This document shows, in pieces, positions 40,385-50,853 of a DNA stretch of 64,000 bases. Location: the NCBI GenBank assembly GCA_963681965.1, contig OY820579.1:2784001-2848000 (forward strand), given 5' to 3'. A program made the position numbers and the translations under genes. The stretch's first letter is position 1. Each line of letters starts with the position of its first letter. The notes beneath the pieces were generated by a model. It was not told the DNA's origin, searched no databases, and saw only the letters and a program-made list of their open reading frames with translations. The stretch is from a bacterium (GTDB lineage Bacteria; Electryoneota; JAOADG01).

Positions 40385-41757
40385 AACATCAATTGATGGT
40401 ATTTTTCCTGATTTGTGCATCAGTGGGAAGTCTTTACTCGATTTCACAGGCTGAATCGATGCCTCGAATGCGTCTTGATACGGTTCGGTTCATCGAGCCT
40501 GACGGACAGACTAGGTTGGACATCCCATTGAGTATCTTCCGTGCTCGATTGTATTATCGAACCGACTCTAGTGGAAATCGGTTTACTAGTTACCGATTCC
40601 GCGTTCGAGCGTATCAAGATACTTCAATCGTCTTTCAGGAAATCTGGGATCGAATTCACCGACCCGGAATTAACGAAAATACTGCAAAAGGAATCATCCC
40701 CGATCTGGCATCGGTTGTGCTTCCTAATGGTAGTTATCGGGTTGAAGTCGAACTGACAGATTCATTAGGGCACTTCCGGGAACGAAAAGTATTCGACTCA
40801 CTGCGATTTGATTCCACCACTCGTTTTTCAATATCCGGTTTGCAAGTCTGCTCAGAAATTTCACCTGATTCTTCGGTCGATGAATTCCGGCGTAACGGTT
40901 ATTTGTTGGTTCCATATGCCGAGAAAGTATTCGGAAAAGCATTTCCCATCCTCTACTTGTACTGGGAACAATACAATCAAAAACCCGATTCGCTCTGTCG
41001 ATATCAGATCTCGGTGCTTTCCAGTCGATCGCAAACACCGGTTAAGCCTACTGTGACCCGTGAAAAAGTGATCGTAGCCAATCGCACATTCAATGTGGAG
41101 GCACTTCGGATTCACGATTTACCGACTGGATCTTTTTTGGTTAAAGTGAATTCTCAAGCATTTCCTTCGGGTCGGATCGATTCAAGTTTTTCGCGGTTCT
41201 TCATCTATTCCGATAGTATTTCACCGCTAGCACGCAGTCAGAAACCAGTGCAACCAGCATACAATCCAGCAATCATCCTGCTTAGCGATATTCACTATAT
41301 CGCCGATCAATCAATTTTAGATGCTGTTGCAAAATTAACACCGGAAGAACAACGCACTTGGGCTGTTAATTTTTGGCGAGACCGCGACCCGACTCCGAGT
41401 ACTCCCTACAATGAGTCAATGGAACAATATCGTACGCGCCTTGAAACTGTAGAGACTTATACCTATCGCGATAAACCGGGTTGGCAAACCGATCGCGGTC
41501 GAGTCATGTTGTTCTATGGACCACCGGATGATATCACCGATAATGCATTCGAGAGTTCGATCACAACGGAAGAATCCAACAAAGTTACTGGAAGTAATCG
41601 TCCTTATATCGTTTGGAAATACAACAATATCGGTGGTGGCGCATTTTTTGTCTTTGGCGACCTTAGATTATTCGGTGATTACGAATTACTTCATAGCACC
41701 ATGCCCGGCGAACGTCAGGATGAATCCTGGTATCGTCGGTTGCGGGGCGTAAAATAG
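40381..41757 (+). CDS. GWxTD-domain protein
   Basis: Signal peptide; FWRDRDPTPSTPYNE...GWQTDRGRV...YGPPD. Confidence 0.9.
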   Translation: MKHQLMVFFLICASVGSLYSISQAESMPRMRLDTVRFIEPDGQTRLDIPLSIFRARLYYRTDSSGNRFTSYRFRVRAYQDTSIVFQEIWDRIHRPGINENTAKGIIPDLASVVLPNGSYRVEVELTDSLGHFRERKVFDSLRFDSTTRFSISGLQVCSEISPDSSVDEFRRNGYLLVPYAEKVFGKAFPILYLYWEQYNQKPDSLCRYQISVLSSRSQTPVKPTVTREKVIVANRTFNVEALRIHDLPTGSFLVKVNSQAFPSGRIDSSFSRFFIYSDSISPLARSQKPVQPAYNPAIILLSDIHYIADQSILDAVAKLTPEEQRTWAVNFWRDRDPTPSTPYNESMEQYRTRLETVETYTYRDKPGWQTDRGRVMLFYGPPDDITDNAFESSITTEESNKVTGSNRPYIVWKYNNIGGGAFFVFGDLRLFGDYELLHSTMPGERQDESWYRRLRGVK

Positions 41758-41766
41758 GATCGAACC

Positions 41767-42501
41767 GTGGCAATTGTTGATATACAGCGACTCACGAAGA
41801 TCTATCCCGATCGCAAAAAGCCTGTTACTGCGCTTCAGGATGTGACATTTAAAATCAATGAAAGTGAAATTGTCGGTTTGTTGGGTGTAAACGGTGCCGG
41901 CAAAACCACTTGTCTCCGCATCATTGCGACAATGCTTCAACCAACTTCCGGTGAAGTTACTGTTGCTGGTTTTTCGGTTGCTACGCACCCGAACGATGTA
42001 CGGAAACAGATCGGCTTCATGACCAGTACTACCGGTTTATACCCACGTCTAACGGGTCGTGAAATCTTGTCATATTTCGGTCGTTTACATGAATTGTCGG
42101 ATTCTGACTTGAAACGGCGAATTGATGAAGTCGTCAATGAATTTCAATTATCCGAATTTATCGATCGGAAATGTGATAAGCTGTCAACTGGACAGAAACA
42201 ACGCATAAATGTTGCCAGAACGTCACTCCATCGACCGAAATTGCTGGTTATGGACGAACCGACTGCGGGTCTCGACGTGCTCGGTGCCCGCACGATTGTC
42301 GATTTCGTCAGGACTTCGAAATCTTTAGGGCAATCAGTGCTATTCTCGACACACCGGATGGAAGAAGCCGAAGCGCTATGCGATCGAATCGTGGTGATTC
42401 ATCGCGGACGTGTTGTATCCGACGGTACGATCAATGAATTACGGCAACGAACCGGTAAAAATGAACTTCAACATCTCTTTTTGTCTATCATCGGTGAATA
42501 G
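41767..42501 (+). CDS. ABC transporter ATP-binding protein (NatA-like)
   Basis: GVNGAGKTT, LSTGQKQR, MDEPTAGLD, FSTH. Confidence 0.88.
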   Translation: MAIVDIQRLTKIYPDRKKPVTALQDVTFKINESEIVGLLGVNGAGKTTCLRIIATMLQPTSGEVTVAGFSVATHPNDVRKQIGFMTSTTGLYPRLTGREILSYFGRLHELSDSDLKRRIDEVVNEFQLSEFIDRKCDKLSTGQKQRINVARTSLHRPKLLVMDEPTAGLDVLGARTIVDFVRTSKSLGQSVLFSTHRMEEAEALCDRIVVIHRGRVVSDGTINELRQRTGKNELQHLFLSIIGE

Positions 42502-42509
42502 GAGCCACA

Positions 42510-43733
42510 ATGGGTATTAATTTCGGTCATATCTGGATTGTTTTCCGGAAAGAGTTACTCGATGTGCTACGCGATCGCCGAACGATTCTTTCGATGATTG
42601 TCATTCCAATCTTGATTATGCCAGTTTTATCTGGCGGTATTGCGTGGTTTACTAAACATCAAATTACCAAATTGGAGTCTCAGAAGGCGTTAGTCCAAGT
42701 TATCGGTGCTGATCGGTTTCCCAATCTCATCGATGAATTGAAGAAGACTGAGAATATTCAAGTGATTGACACACCGATTGACACTGCGCAAGCGCTGAAA
42801 TTACTTCGTGATGAATCGGTTCGGGTAGTCGTCAATATTCCGAAATCGTGGTCGGCTGAGCTAGCTAGCGCTCATCAATTGTCCAATGATTCGATCCAAT
42901 TATTCTATCTTGGAGCAAAAGAAGAATCTTCGATTGCCAGTGATCGAGTTCGCGAAGCAATTAAACGTGTCCGCGATCAATATACCGAAGAATTGATCAC
43001 ACAATCCGGACTATCGAAAACAATCCTTAAACCGTTTATTATTTACAGTATCAATTCATCCACTCCCACGGAAGTCGGTGGAAAAATTGTCGGCATGTTT
43101 TTACCCTATATGCTAATTCTACTTTCGTTGACTGGAGCGATGTATCCCGCTATCGATTTAACTGCCGGCGAAAAAGAGCGGGGAACACTCGAGACACTAT
43201 TGCTCTCACCGGCATCGCGAACGGAATTAGTATTAGGCAAATTCTTTACAGTAATGTTAACAAGTATGACTACAGCAATTCTATCACTGGCATCGATTGC
43301 GATGATGTCGAAAGGAATGCTAATCTCGATGCCACCCGAAATCCTCGATAAATTAAACCTTCACATTGGGATATCGACGATTTTTACTGTCGTGGTGCTG
43401 ATGATCCCATTGAGTGCAATATTTTCCTCGCTTTTATTGGCAATTTCTTTGTTAGCAAAGAGTTATAAAGAGGCGCAGAGCTACATCTCGCCATTAATGA
43501 TCCTCGCAATTTTCCCCGCGATGGCTTCGATTATGCCCGGAGTCAAAACCGATTTAATTCTTTCACTGATCCCGGTATTGAATGTCTCATTATTGATTAA
43601 AGATTCATTTGCCGGTAATATGAACCCGATGTATTTGGCGACCGCATTTTTGTCAACTGTGGTGTTTGCTGCCATTTCACTGCGGGTTTGTGTCGTCACT
43701 TTCATGAAAGAATCTGTTCTTTTCCGTGTATGA
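42510..43733 (+). CDS. ABC transporter permease (NatB-like)
   Basis: KELLDVLRDRRT, MYPAIDLTAGEKERGTLETLL, AKSYKEAQ. Confidence 0.88.
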   Translation: MGINFGHIWIVFRKELLDVLRDRRTILSMIVIPILIMPVLSGGIAWFTKHQITKLESQKALVQVIGADRFPNLIDELKKTENIQVIDTPIDTAQALKLLRDESVRVVVNIPKSWSAELASAHQLSNDSIQLFYLGAKEESSIASDRVREAIKRVRDQYTEELITQSGLSKTILKPFIIYSINSSTPTEVGGKIVGMFLPYMLILLSLTGAMYPAIDLTAGEKERGTLETLLLSPASRTELVLGKFFTVMLTSMTTAILSLASIAMMSKGMLISMPPEILDKLNLHIGISTIFTVVVLMIPLSAIFSSLLLAISLLAKSYKEAQSYISPLMILAIFPAMASIMPGVKTDLILSLIPVLNVSLLIKDSFAGNMNPMYLATAFLSTVVFAAISLRVCVVTFMKESVLFRV

Positions 43734-43747
43734 TTTTTGAATTGAGG

Positions 43748-43778
43748 AAAAAAGGCGGACTGAGAAGTCCGCCTTTTT
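43748..43778. terminator. Bidirectional intrinsic terminator
   Basis: aaaaaaggcggact-gaga-agtccgccttttt between convergent genes. Confidence 0.9.
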
Positions 43779-43800
43779 GTTATTTCCACCCATCGATTCT

Positions 43801-46470
43801 TTATTTCAGTAACACAACTTTTGCCAACGTGCGTTGCTGACCTTGTTGTGCCTCAATCCAGTAAATTCCGCTACTTGCATCTTTTGCATTCCAATGCCAT
43901 TGCCGTTTACCCACACCTGACACAATCTCGTGCTCTACCATTTCACCTAGTGAATTGTAGATAGCAAGTCGGACATTTTCACGATTGGGTACTGAAATTC
44001 GAATGGACACTTCGCGATTAAATGGATTCGGATATGCCGAAAGTGTCAGATTTGTGGGCAGGGAAGGTGTTTCCCGATCAATTGATGATATTGCATTCAG
44101 CCAATTAAACATCGCTTGAAATAGCGCATTCCGCGAAGTTAAACCTGTACCGTGTAACGCCTCGACACCAAATCCCATTAATATCGTTTTTGCCGAATCA
44201 GGATAGGACGTAGATATCACACCGAAGGCGTTCGGCAAATTATAATATACTGCCCATGGTGTACCACCGTTGTATACAGATAGCGCATCTTGCGAGGTTT
44301 GGTTGCTGGCACCCGTCGAACCAGTAATCAAGATCGTATTGCGACCTGCCCATGGGGTATTCGTTAAGCCTGTAAGACGGAGTGGTGTAACATGTGATGA
44401 TTGCAATGACGCACCAAATCGGTGCAATAAATTGCTATCGAGGACAGCCAATCGCTCGGCAATATTCTGACCGCTCAAGATGACTTGAGTCCCAGCGCTA
44501 AGAGCATGTTTGATTGCAGACAGTTGAGTTGTATCGAATGGTGTAACTCGATCGCCGGTGTACCAGAGTACCGTCGGGAAAAGAGTGATTGTTTGATACA
44601 GATTCGTCTGTAAACTTGCCTGATCGAGTCGATAAGCAATATTGCATGAATCAAGCGATGGTAGGATATAAGCCGAATAATTGTACATGCTATCGTCGGC
44701 AAATACCCATAGTTGTGCATTTGGAATAGTTCGATTGAAGCTGTTGTTTGTCGTCGTTACTTGAACGATATCTGCCGGGACTCGAACGGCTGGAGCCGAC
44801 GCTTCGCATTGAATCGACCACCGTCCCTCGGGAATTTGCATTGAAAAAGTGCCACTACGATCGGTATTCGCTTGCGCTTGTCGAGTTGTTACTTCTAGCG
44901 ATTGTGCTCGAACGACGGCGTTCCAACCAGTCCCTTCGACATGAGTGATCGCACCATGGAAATTTACCATCCGTCTCACGCCAATTTGAACATGAATTGT
45001 GTCATTTGCGCGATTGCTATCCGGACTAACAAGAGCAGCTAATGCTGAGATCGAATCGAATTGAGCTAGCCCGACCCCGAACGTCAACATCGTACTACCG
45101 GTAATTGCCAATTCGGGAAGAGTATCCGTTCGCACAACCGGTGAAGATGTTCCAGTGGCTGTCGATCTGATAATCGGAGCGATTGGTCTTCTTCCACTGT
45201 TGGTGACGGTAATTCTTAAGAAAACTGAATCGCCGGTTACAATATAATTAGAAGTAGGAAGAATTGAGGTTACTTCTGCATCGTATTGCGGAACAGTCCA
45301 TCCAATGGTGGGGAGGATCTCCATCCAATTTAGATAGGATGAAACCCACGACTGATCTTGATTTTGTGGATCTCCCGGGGTTGCCGGGATACCACCGTCA
45401 TTATCTCGATCCTGATTGACGAGATAGTCGATAATCGTATCCGAACTGTCGCGAAATGCTTGTCGATGTGTGAAAGCAAATGCATCAGTGTGAGCATGAC
45501 CATACCAAGTCGCCCAAGCATTCGACCACGATCCAGTACCGGGTCTACCATCCATAAAAGCGCCATATTGATTTACCCACGGTATACCAAAAGTAGTGTC
45601 TTCTCGACAAATTGAATTTAACACCCCCCAGAAGACACAGCCGCCACAGAGTGCCCAACTTTCCGAATTACGAAGCGCTGTAGTGGGATTTGCTTCAATC
45701 CATAGACGCAATCGTTGTCCTCGTGCTAAGGCACTATCTAGCCATCGATCGGCATTGGGAGAATTGCGCCACCTTGCATACCGCGCAAGAGCGCCGGTTG
45801 CGATCCCTTCGGAATTGCGATTTTCAGTGGAACTATAGGGTGCCGGGTAATCGCGAACATAATTAGCACACGAATCGCCATAACCAATGACCGAAGTATC
45901 ATGTGTCACGCTTACATACGCCATTGTTGCAGCAATACCCCACCCGGAATTATGACTCCGGTAGTATTGATTGTTGCCACCTTCTTCGGTCCATGCCGGG
46001 AAATTCCGTAAATAGATCCACGCATTTGCTAACTCGTTTTGAAATAGTGTGTCGATACCGCACAAACCACGTGCATAGGACCAAACGACAATTGCTTCCT
46101 GCGTATTGTCGGTTTGGATGATGTCGTATAGCGAACCTGTCTCACCTTCGCGCTGTCCTCCGAATTCAATTCCGGGAATGCGTACTTGTAGTGAGCGCAA
46201 CCAATTTGCTGTGAGGAGGTATCGATTTAAGGGATTGCTAACAGAAATTGTTGGTGGATCGATCTGCGGTATTTGAAACTGATGTGCCGATGAAGTCACC
46301 ATCACATCCGAGGCTTGCTGTAACAGAATTTCCTCAGGAGTTAAATAAGGGGTCGAAAATGCCAATTGACAGGATATGACGAGCAAAATCACAATTATTG
46401 AAATGATCCCGATCACAGGTCTAAATCCGAAAACAATTCCGTGGTTCCAATTCATGACTTTCCCTTGCAT
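43801..46470 (-). CDS. Large secreted protein: Trp-rich helical N-domain, Ig-like domains, C-terminal sorting domain
   Basis: Hydrophobic leader; AYPNPFN...SSGIYW....KVVLLK C-terminus. Confidence 0.75.
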   Translation of the reverse strand: MQGKVMNWNHGIVFGFRPVIGIISIIVILLVISCQLAFSTPYLTPEEILLQQASDVMVTSSAHQFQIPQIDPPTISVSNPLNRYLLTANWLRSLQVRIPGIEFGGQREGETGSLYDIIQTDNTQEAIVVWSYARGLCGIDTLFQNELANAWIYLRNFPAWTEEGGNNQYYRSHNSGWGIAATMAYVSVTHDTSVIGYGDSCANYVRDYPAPYSSTENRNSEGIATGALARYARWRNSPNADRWLDSALARGQRLRLWIEANPTTALRNSESWALCGGCVFWGVLNSICREDTTFGIPWVNQYGAFMDGRPGTGSWSNAWATWYGHAHTDAFAFTHRQAFRDSSDTIIDYLVNQDRDNDGGIPATPGDPQNQDQSWVSSYLNWMEILPTIGWTVPQYDAEVTSILPTSNYIVTGDSVFLRITVTNSGRRPIAPIIRSTATGTSSPVVRTDTLPELAITGSTMLTFGVGLAQFDSISALAALVSPDSNRANDTIHVQIGVRRMVNFHGAITHVEGTGWNAVVRAQSLEVTTRQAQANTDRSGTFSMQIPEGRWSIQCEASAPAVRVPADIVQVTTTNNSFNRTIPNAQLWVFADDSMYNYSAYILPSLDSCNIAYRLDQASLQTNLYQTITLFPTVLWYTGDRVTPFDTTQLSAIKHALSAGTQVILSGQNIAERLAVLDSNLLHRFGASLQSSHVTPLRLTGLTNTPWAGRNTILITGSTGASNQTSQDALSVYNGGTPWAVYYNLPNAFGVISTSYPDSAKTILMGFGVEALHGTGLTSRNALFQAMFNWLNAISSIDRETPSLPTNLTLSAYPNPFNREVSIRISVPNRENVRLAIYNSLGEMVEHEIVSGVGKRQWHWNAKDASSGIYWIEAQQGQQRTLAKVVLLK

Positions 46471-46480
46471 GTATATTTCT

Positions 46481-46508
46481 TTGACACTATTATCTATGAA
46501 TATACACT
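46481..46508 (+). promoter_or_regulatory. Putative sigma70 promoter for the protease gene
   Basis: TTGACA-16 bp-TACACT in the divergent intergenic region. Confidence 0.45.
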
Positions 46509-46607
46509 AAGTAAAGTAGCATTGTTTATTCGTTTCCCAAAAGTCGAATTAAACAACTATCAAATTTATATTAGTCTGATTGTTAACGATTTAATCCCGA
46601 GATTTCG

Positions 46608-49600
46608 ATGAAGTTGCAGCTTAGCCGACGAATATTCCTCTTATTGACCCTAGGTTTAGTGACAGTAGGCGCATTGGCACTGAGACCAATGCGGACAACC
46701 GATATTGCAAAAGTTGTTCCGCAAATTGAGGATGGAAACCGGATCATACATGCCGAAACCGGTAAAACAATTTTCTTAACGATATCGACACTTCAACCGG
46801 AATTGCCACATGATCAACGTGAAGCATATGTGAAACAGTGGCTACAAGAAAAGTATCAGAAGGAGTTAGGACTAAATAAACTACCATCCATTCGGTTGTT
46901 TCTGCGGCAAGATACCCCGGGAGGGGAAGTACTTCGATTTTATCAAACCATAGACGGAATCGATGCATTCCAGAATGATTTGGTCGCTCAGTTTACGCCC
47001 AATGGTGCTTTGTTTTCTATCCATCAAAGTCTGCAGGATCGGATCGATCCTATTTCTTTGACCCCGGCGATTTCCAGTACCGAAGCATTGGATAAAGCCC
47101 GAATTTCTTTAAAGATCACCCAAGAAAATCACACTCCCTTCAATGATCTTCACATCTGGTGGGACGAGAACAGCAAACTACATTTGGTTTATCGAGTTCG
47201 ACTTCATCCTAAAGTTCCATTTGGCGAATACGAAGCAATTATCGACGCGCATTCTGGAGCGACTTTACGGACTTCCGATTTGACGCGATATCTCGATGGA
47301 ACAGGCTATGTATTCGATCCCGATCCCTTAACAACAGGGCAGGCTACGTATAATACCCCTTCGGGAAGTTGGAACGACAACAATAATGCGGATTCACCAC
47401 TTCTGAACGGTCAACGCCGGTTAGTCGTTTTGCGAAATCTTAACAACCCTGTCGGTGGTCGGTATACTCTGACAGGATCTTGGGCAACGTTAGCTGAATT
47501 CGATACACCGACGTATGCTCCGCCATCGCGGACAAGTCCCGATTCATTTCGGTTCACTCGTTCCCAGCGCTATTTCGATGATGTGATGTGTTATTATTTC
47601 GTTGATTCTACTCAACGATATATCCAATCGCTCGGTTTTAACAATATTCAACATGCTTCTATTCAAATCGATGCGCACGGTCAGCAAGGCGACGATAATT
47701 CGTCTTTTTCTCCCGGAACGAACCAGCTATCGTTTGGCGAGGGTGGAGTCGACGATGCGCAGGATGCCGATGCGATTCTTCATGAATACGGTCATGCAAT
47801 CCAGTATTCGCAAATTCCCAATCTATCCGGTGGAGAAGCCGATCCACTGGGTGAAGGTTTTGGTGATTATTGGGCTGGAAGCTATTCATCATCGCGATCG
47901 TCTTTTCATCGCGATTGGGTTTTCAATTGGGATGGTCACAATCAATATTGGGATGGGCGAGTATTTAATACGACATTGACTTATCCATCCGGTATGGGAA
48001 CCGATTATCACCTCAACGGTCAAATCTGGTCACGAGCTTTGATGGATATTTACTATGCGGTCGGTCGAACCATTTGTGACCGAATTGTTCTACAAGGTCA
48101 ATATGCCTGGGGTGCTAGTCCAACTTATATCTCAGCGGCAACCACAATATACAATGCCGATCAACTGCTGTACGGTGGAACGCATTCGACACAAATCTAT
48201 ACAGCATTTCATAATCGCGGAATACTGAGTTCCATCCCGGCAAGCGTTATTCTCACTGGTACAGTAACTGCTGCAACCGGTGGTGTTACCATTCCCAATG
48301 CTATTGTTTCGATCGATGGTGCCGTTCGTGATACTACGAATAGTTCCGGTGTTTATTCGATTACGGGTCTTTCGATCGCGTCGCATACGCTTAGTGTAAC
48401 CAATCTCGCATATAATCAGTACTCAAATACCGTACGCATTAGCGGAACCGGAACGACTACTAGCAACGTGTTGATGACTCGCCCGCACTATATCGCAACT
48501 CCGGATTCGATTCATCTATCTATTGCAGCAAATGAGACCCATCGATCCATTTCACAATTGTGTGTAGTACAAAACAACGGCGATGGTCCCGGTACTTACC
48601 GATTGGAATTGCGCAGTGGTTCCGCCCGATTACAGCCTTGGTCTTTGCTTCGCGAACTAGATGTCACGCAAATTACCGGTGACTATGCATTGCAGGGTGT
48701 CGATGTATTATCCAATCAAATTCTCGTATCGGGTTCCAATGGCACTCAAAATCCGAATCGCTTCTACCGTCTCAATTTGAATAGCGGCACTCTTATAACA
48801 TCTTCCGATCAACCGACTACTACTACTGCCGGCATTCGTGATTTGGCTGTATGCAACAATCGTGTGTATGGTAGCGACAACGATACTATTTGGAGTTGGG
48901 ACGCCTCTTTTTCGAATCGACAACTTGCACTTCGCAACACCTATAGTAGTAACAATCAGGCATTGGCTATTCAAAATTCCGGATCCAGTCAATTTATCTG
49001 GATTGGAAATGGAACTAGCCCGGTTCGCTTGCTTAGCGGTACCGGACAATCGCTTGGAACGATACAGAATAATCGGAATATCACTGGAATTGCGGCTTCA
49101 CCAGTTATTGATGATCCGGTATGGTTCGTCTCTACCGATAATAATCAAATGTGGATCTCAACTCTGAATTCAACCGGTGATACTGTTGTCACTCTCCAAC
49201 AACTTGATCTTCCTACAGGATACTCTACTGCAGGTGCCGGATATTACTCGACTGGTGGTAATGATGTACTGGTTGTTTTAGTCACGCCATCTAGCGCTTC
49301 CCAACACGCCTATTTGCGATTTTATGCGGTCTCTTCGGTAATTAGTTACGCGACGATCACTGGATCGACCACTGGGTATTTAGCTGCAAATAGTTCTATT
49401 TCTGTACCGATCGATATCAACTTCAATCCGTCTCAAAATCTCTTTGTATTTCAATTATATCAAGCAAACTCTCCGGGTTCTACTGGCTTAACAACCGTTG
49501 TTGCCGAACGACAATCCGGGGTGGGTGAATCGAATAATGCAGAATTACCGGGTCAATTTTCGGTATCACCTTGTTATCCAAATCCGTTCAATCCGTTCAC

Positions 49601-49814
49601 TTCAATAACAATTTCACTACCTTCTTCAGGAATTGTTCAATATTGTCTATATGATATTACCGGGCGAAAGGTTCAGGAACGGATGTTGCCGCTATCACAA
49701 GGACAACACAATCTTTCATTCTCGCTAATTGGCCTTGCTTCCGGACTATATTTTCCCGAATTTCAGTGGAATAGCCATCGTCTTGTCGGTCAACGCTGGA
49801 TTTATCTGAAATGA
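46608..49814 (+). CDS. Secreted zinc metalloprotease (M36/M4-like) with FTP/PepSY-like propeptide and C-terminal sorting domain
   Basis: Signal peptide; IDAHSG propeptide; DDAQDADAILHEYGH, GEGFGDYW, H.NGQIW; CYPNPFN...ASGLYF. Confidence 0.88.
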   Translation: MKLQLSRRIFLLLTLGLVTVGALALRPMRTTDIAKVVPQIEDGNRIIHAETGKTIFLTISTLQPELPHDQREAYVKQWLQEKYQKELGLNKLPSIRLFLRQDTPGGEVLRFYQTIDGIDAFQNDLVAQFTPNGALFSIHQSLQDRIDPISLTPAISSTEALDKARISLKITQENHTPFNDLHIWWDENSKLHLVYRVRLHPKVPFGEYEAIIDAHSGATLRTSDLTRYLDGTGYVFDPDPLTTGQATYNTPSGSWNDNNNADSPLLNGQRRLVVLRNLNNPVGGRYTLTGSWATLAEFDTPTYAPPSRTSPDSFRFTRSQRYFDDVMCYYFVDSTQRYIQSLGFNNIQHASIQIDAHGQQGDDNSSFSPGTNQLSFGEGGVDDAQDADAILHEYGHAIQYSQIPNLSGGEADPLGEGFGDYWAGSYSSSRSSFHRDWVFNWDGHNQYWDGRVFNTTLTYPSGMGTDYHLNGQIWSRALMDIYYAVGRTICDRIVLQGQYAWGASPTYISAATTIYNADQLLYGGTHSTQIYTAFHNRGILSSIPASVILTGTVTAATGGVTIPNAIVSIDGAVRDTTNSSGVYSITGLSIASHTLSVTNLAYNQYSNTVRISGTGTTTSNVLMTRPHYIATPDSIHLSIAANETHRSISQLCVVQNNGDGPGTYRLELRSGSARLQPWSLLRELDVTQITGDYALQGVDVLSNQILVSGSNGTQNPNRFYRLNLNSGTLITSSDQPTTTTAGIRDLAVCNNRVYGSDNDTIWSWDASFSNRQLALRNTYSSNNQALAIQNSGSSQFIWIGNGTSPVRLLSGTGQSLGTIQNNRNITGIAASPVIDDPVWFVSTDNNQMWISTLNSTGDTVVTLQQLDLPTGYSTAGAGYYSTGGNDVLVVLVTPSSASQHAYLRFYAVSSVISYATITGSTTGYLAANSSISVPIDINFNPSQNLFVFQLYQANSPGSTGLTTVVAERQSGVGESNNAELPGQFSVSPCYPNPFNPFTSITISLPSSGIVQYCLYDITGRKVQERMLPLSQGQHNLSFSLIGLASGLYFPEFQWNSHRLVGQRWIYLK

Positions 49815-50848
49815 TCATCGACCCGAACCAACTAGGTCCAACTCCCGAAGATCGTCGCTACAAACCGGAATGGATGGATAGCGAGGTCGGCGAAGGGGGA
49901 TCGTTATATCTACCAATTCCATTGGTGGGTATCCGTATGGACACGGTTGCATCGTTCGATTTGTATGTAAAAACTCAACCCCACCGATTTGTCAAGTACC
50001 GCGACCAGCAAGAGGTTATAACTCCTGCAGTATTTGCTCGATTACGCGAATTCAACACGAATTATCTCTACATCCCAATTAGTAATCGAGGTGAATATTC
50101 CCGGTATATCGAGCAACAACTCCCTACGATCATTGCCGATCCGTCTATTCCGATCGAACAAAAAGCGACGTTGGTTTACAATACCACCTCGAATATTATC
50201 CAGGATTTAATGCAATCGCCAAGCGCTGCAAACCTGACCCGAACCGATGAACTGGCTGGAACACTCATCGATGTTGTAAAACGGGGTGGGGAGGCGCTAA
50301 GCGCACTTCTTCGGTTAGCTAGTTATGATTATTACACTTACACACATTCAGTAAACGTTTCGGTATATGCGGTTGCGTTATCAAGTCGGCTCGGTATCGA
50401 TTCCCAAGCCAGTATCCATCGATTGGCACTCGGGGCAATAATGCACGACATCGGGAAGTCCTTTCTTTCGAATGAGATCCTAATGCAACCGAGATCGTTG
50501 ACTCGCGATGAATTTACGACGGTTAAGGAGCATCCCGGTCTGGGAGCCGGTGTGATTTCACAAGAAGCAAAGAAGATGGAAGAAGTGGCTTTGATTGTCC
50601 ATCAACATCACGAGGCACTCGATGGTTCAGGCTATCCTGATGGCTTGAAGGAAAATCAAATTCATCCATATGCCAAAATTATTACAATTCTGGATATGTA
50701 TGATGCATTGACGACCCGACGCGTCTACCGCAGTGCTTACTCACCGATACAAGCATTGAAAATTATTGCCGAACATGTCGGACGTTCTATTGACGATCGA
50801 ATTTTTGCTGAATTTGTCAAACTACTCGGTACGATTGGTCCCGGATAA
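49811..50848 (+). CDS. HD-GYP domain protein (c-di-GMP phosphodiesterase-like)
   Basis: YTYTHSVNV, HDIGK, HP, HHEALDGSGYPDGL, DMYDALT.RRVYR. Confidence 0.92.
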   Translation: MIIDPNQLGPTPEDRRYKPEWMDSEVGEGGSLYLPIPLVGIRMDTVASFDLYVKTQPHRFVKYRDQQEVITPAVFARLREFNTNYLYIPISNRGEYSRYIEQQLPTIIADPSIPIEQKATLVYNTTSNIIQDLMQSPSAANLTRTDELAGTLIDVVKRGGEALSALLRLASYDYYTYTHSVNVSVYAVALSSRLGIDSQASIHRLALGAIMHDIGKSFLSNEILMQPRSLTRDEFTTVKEHPGLGAGVISQEAKKMEEVALIVHQHHEALDGSGYPDGLKENQIHPYAKIITILDMYDALTTRRVYRSAYSPIQALKIIAEHVGRSIDDRIFAEFVKLLGTIGPG

Positions 50849-50853
50849 ACAGC

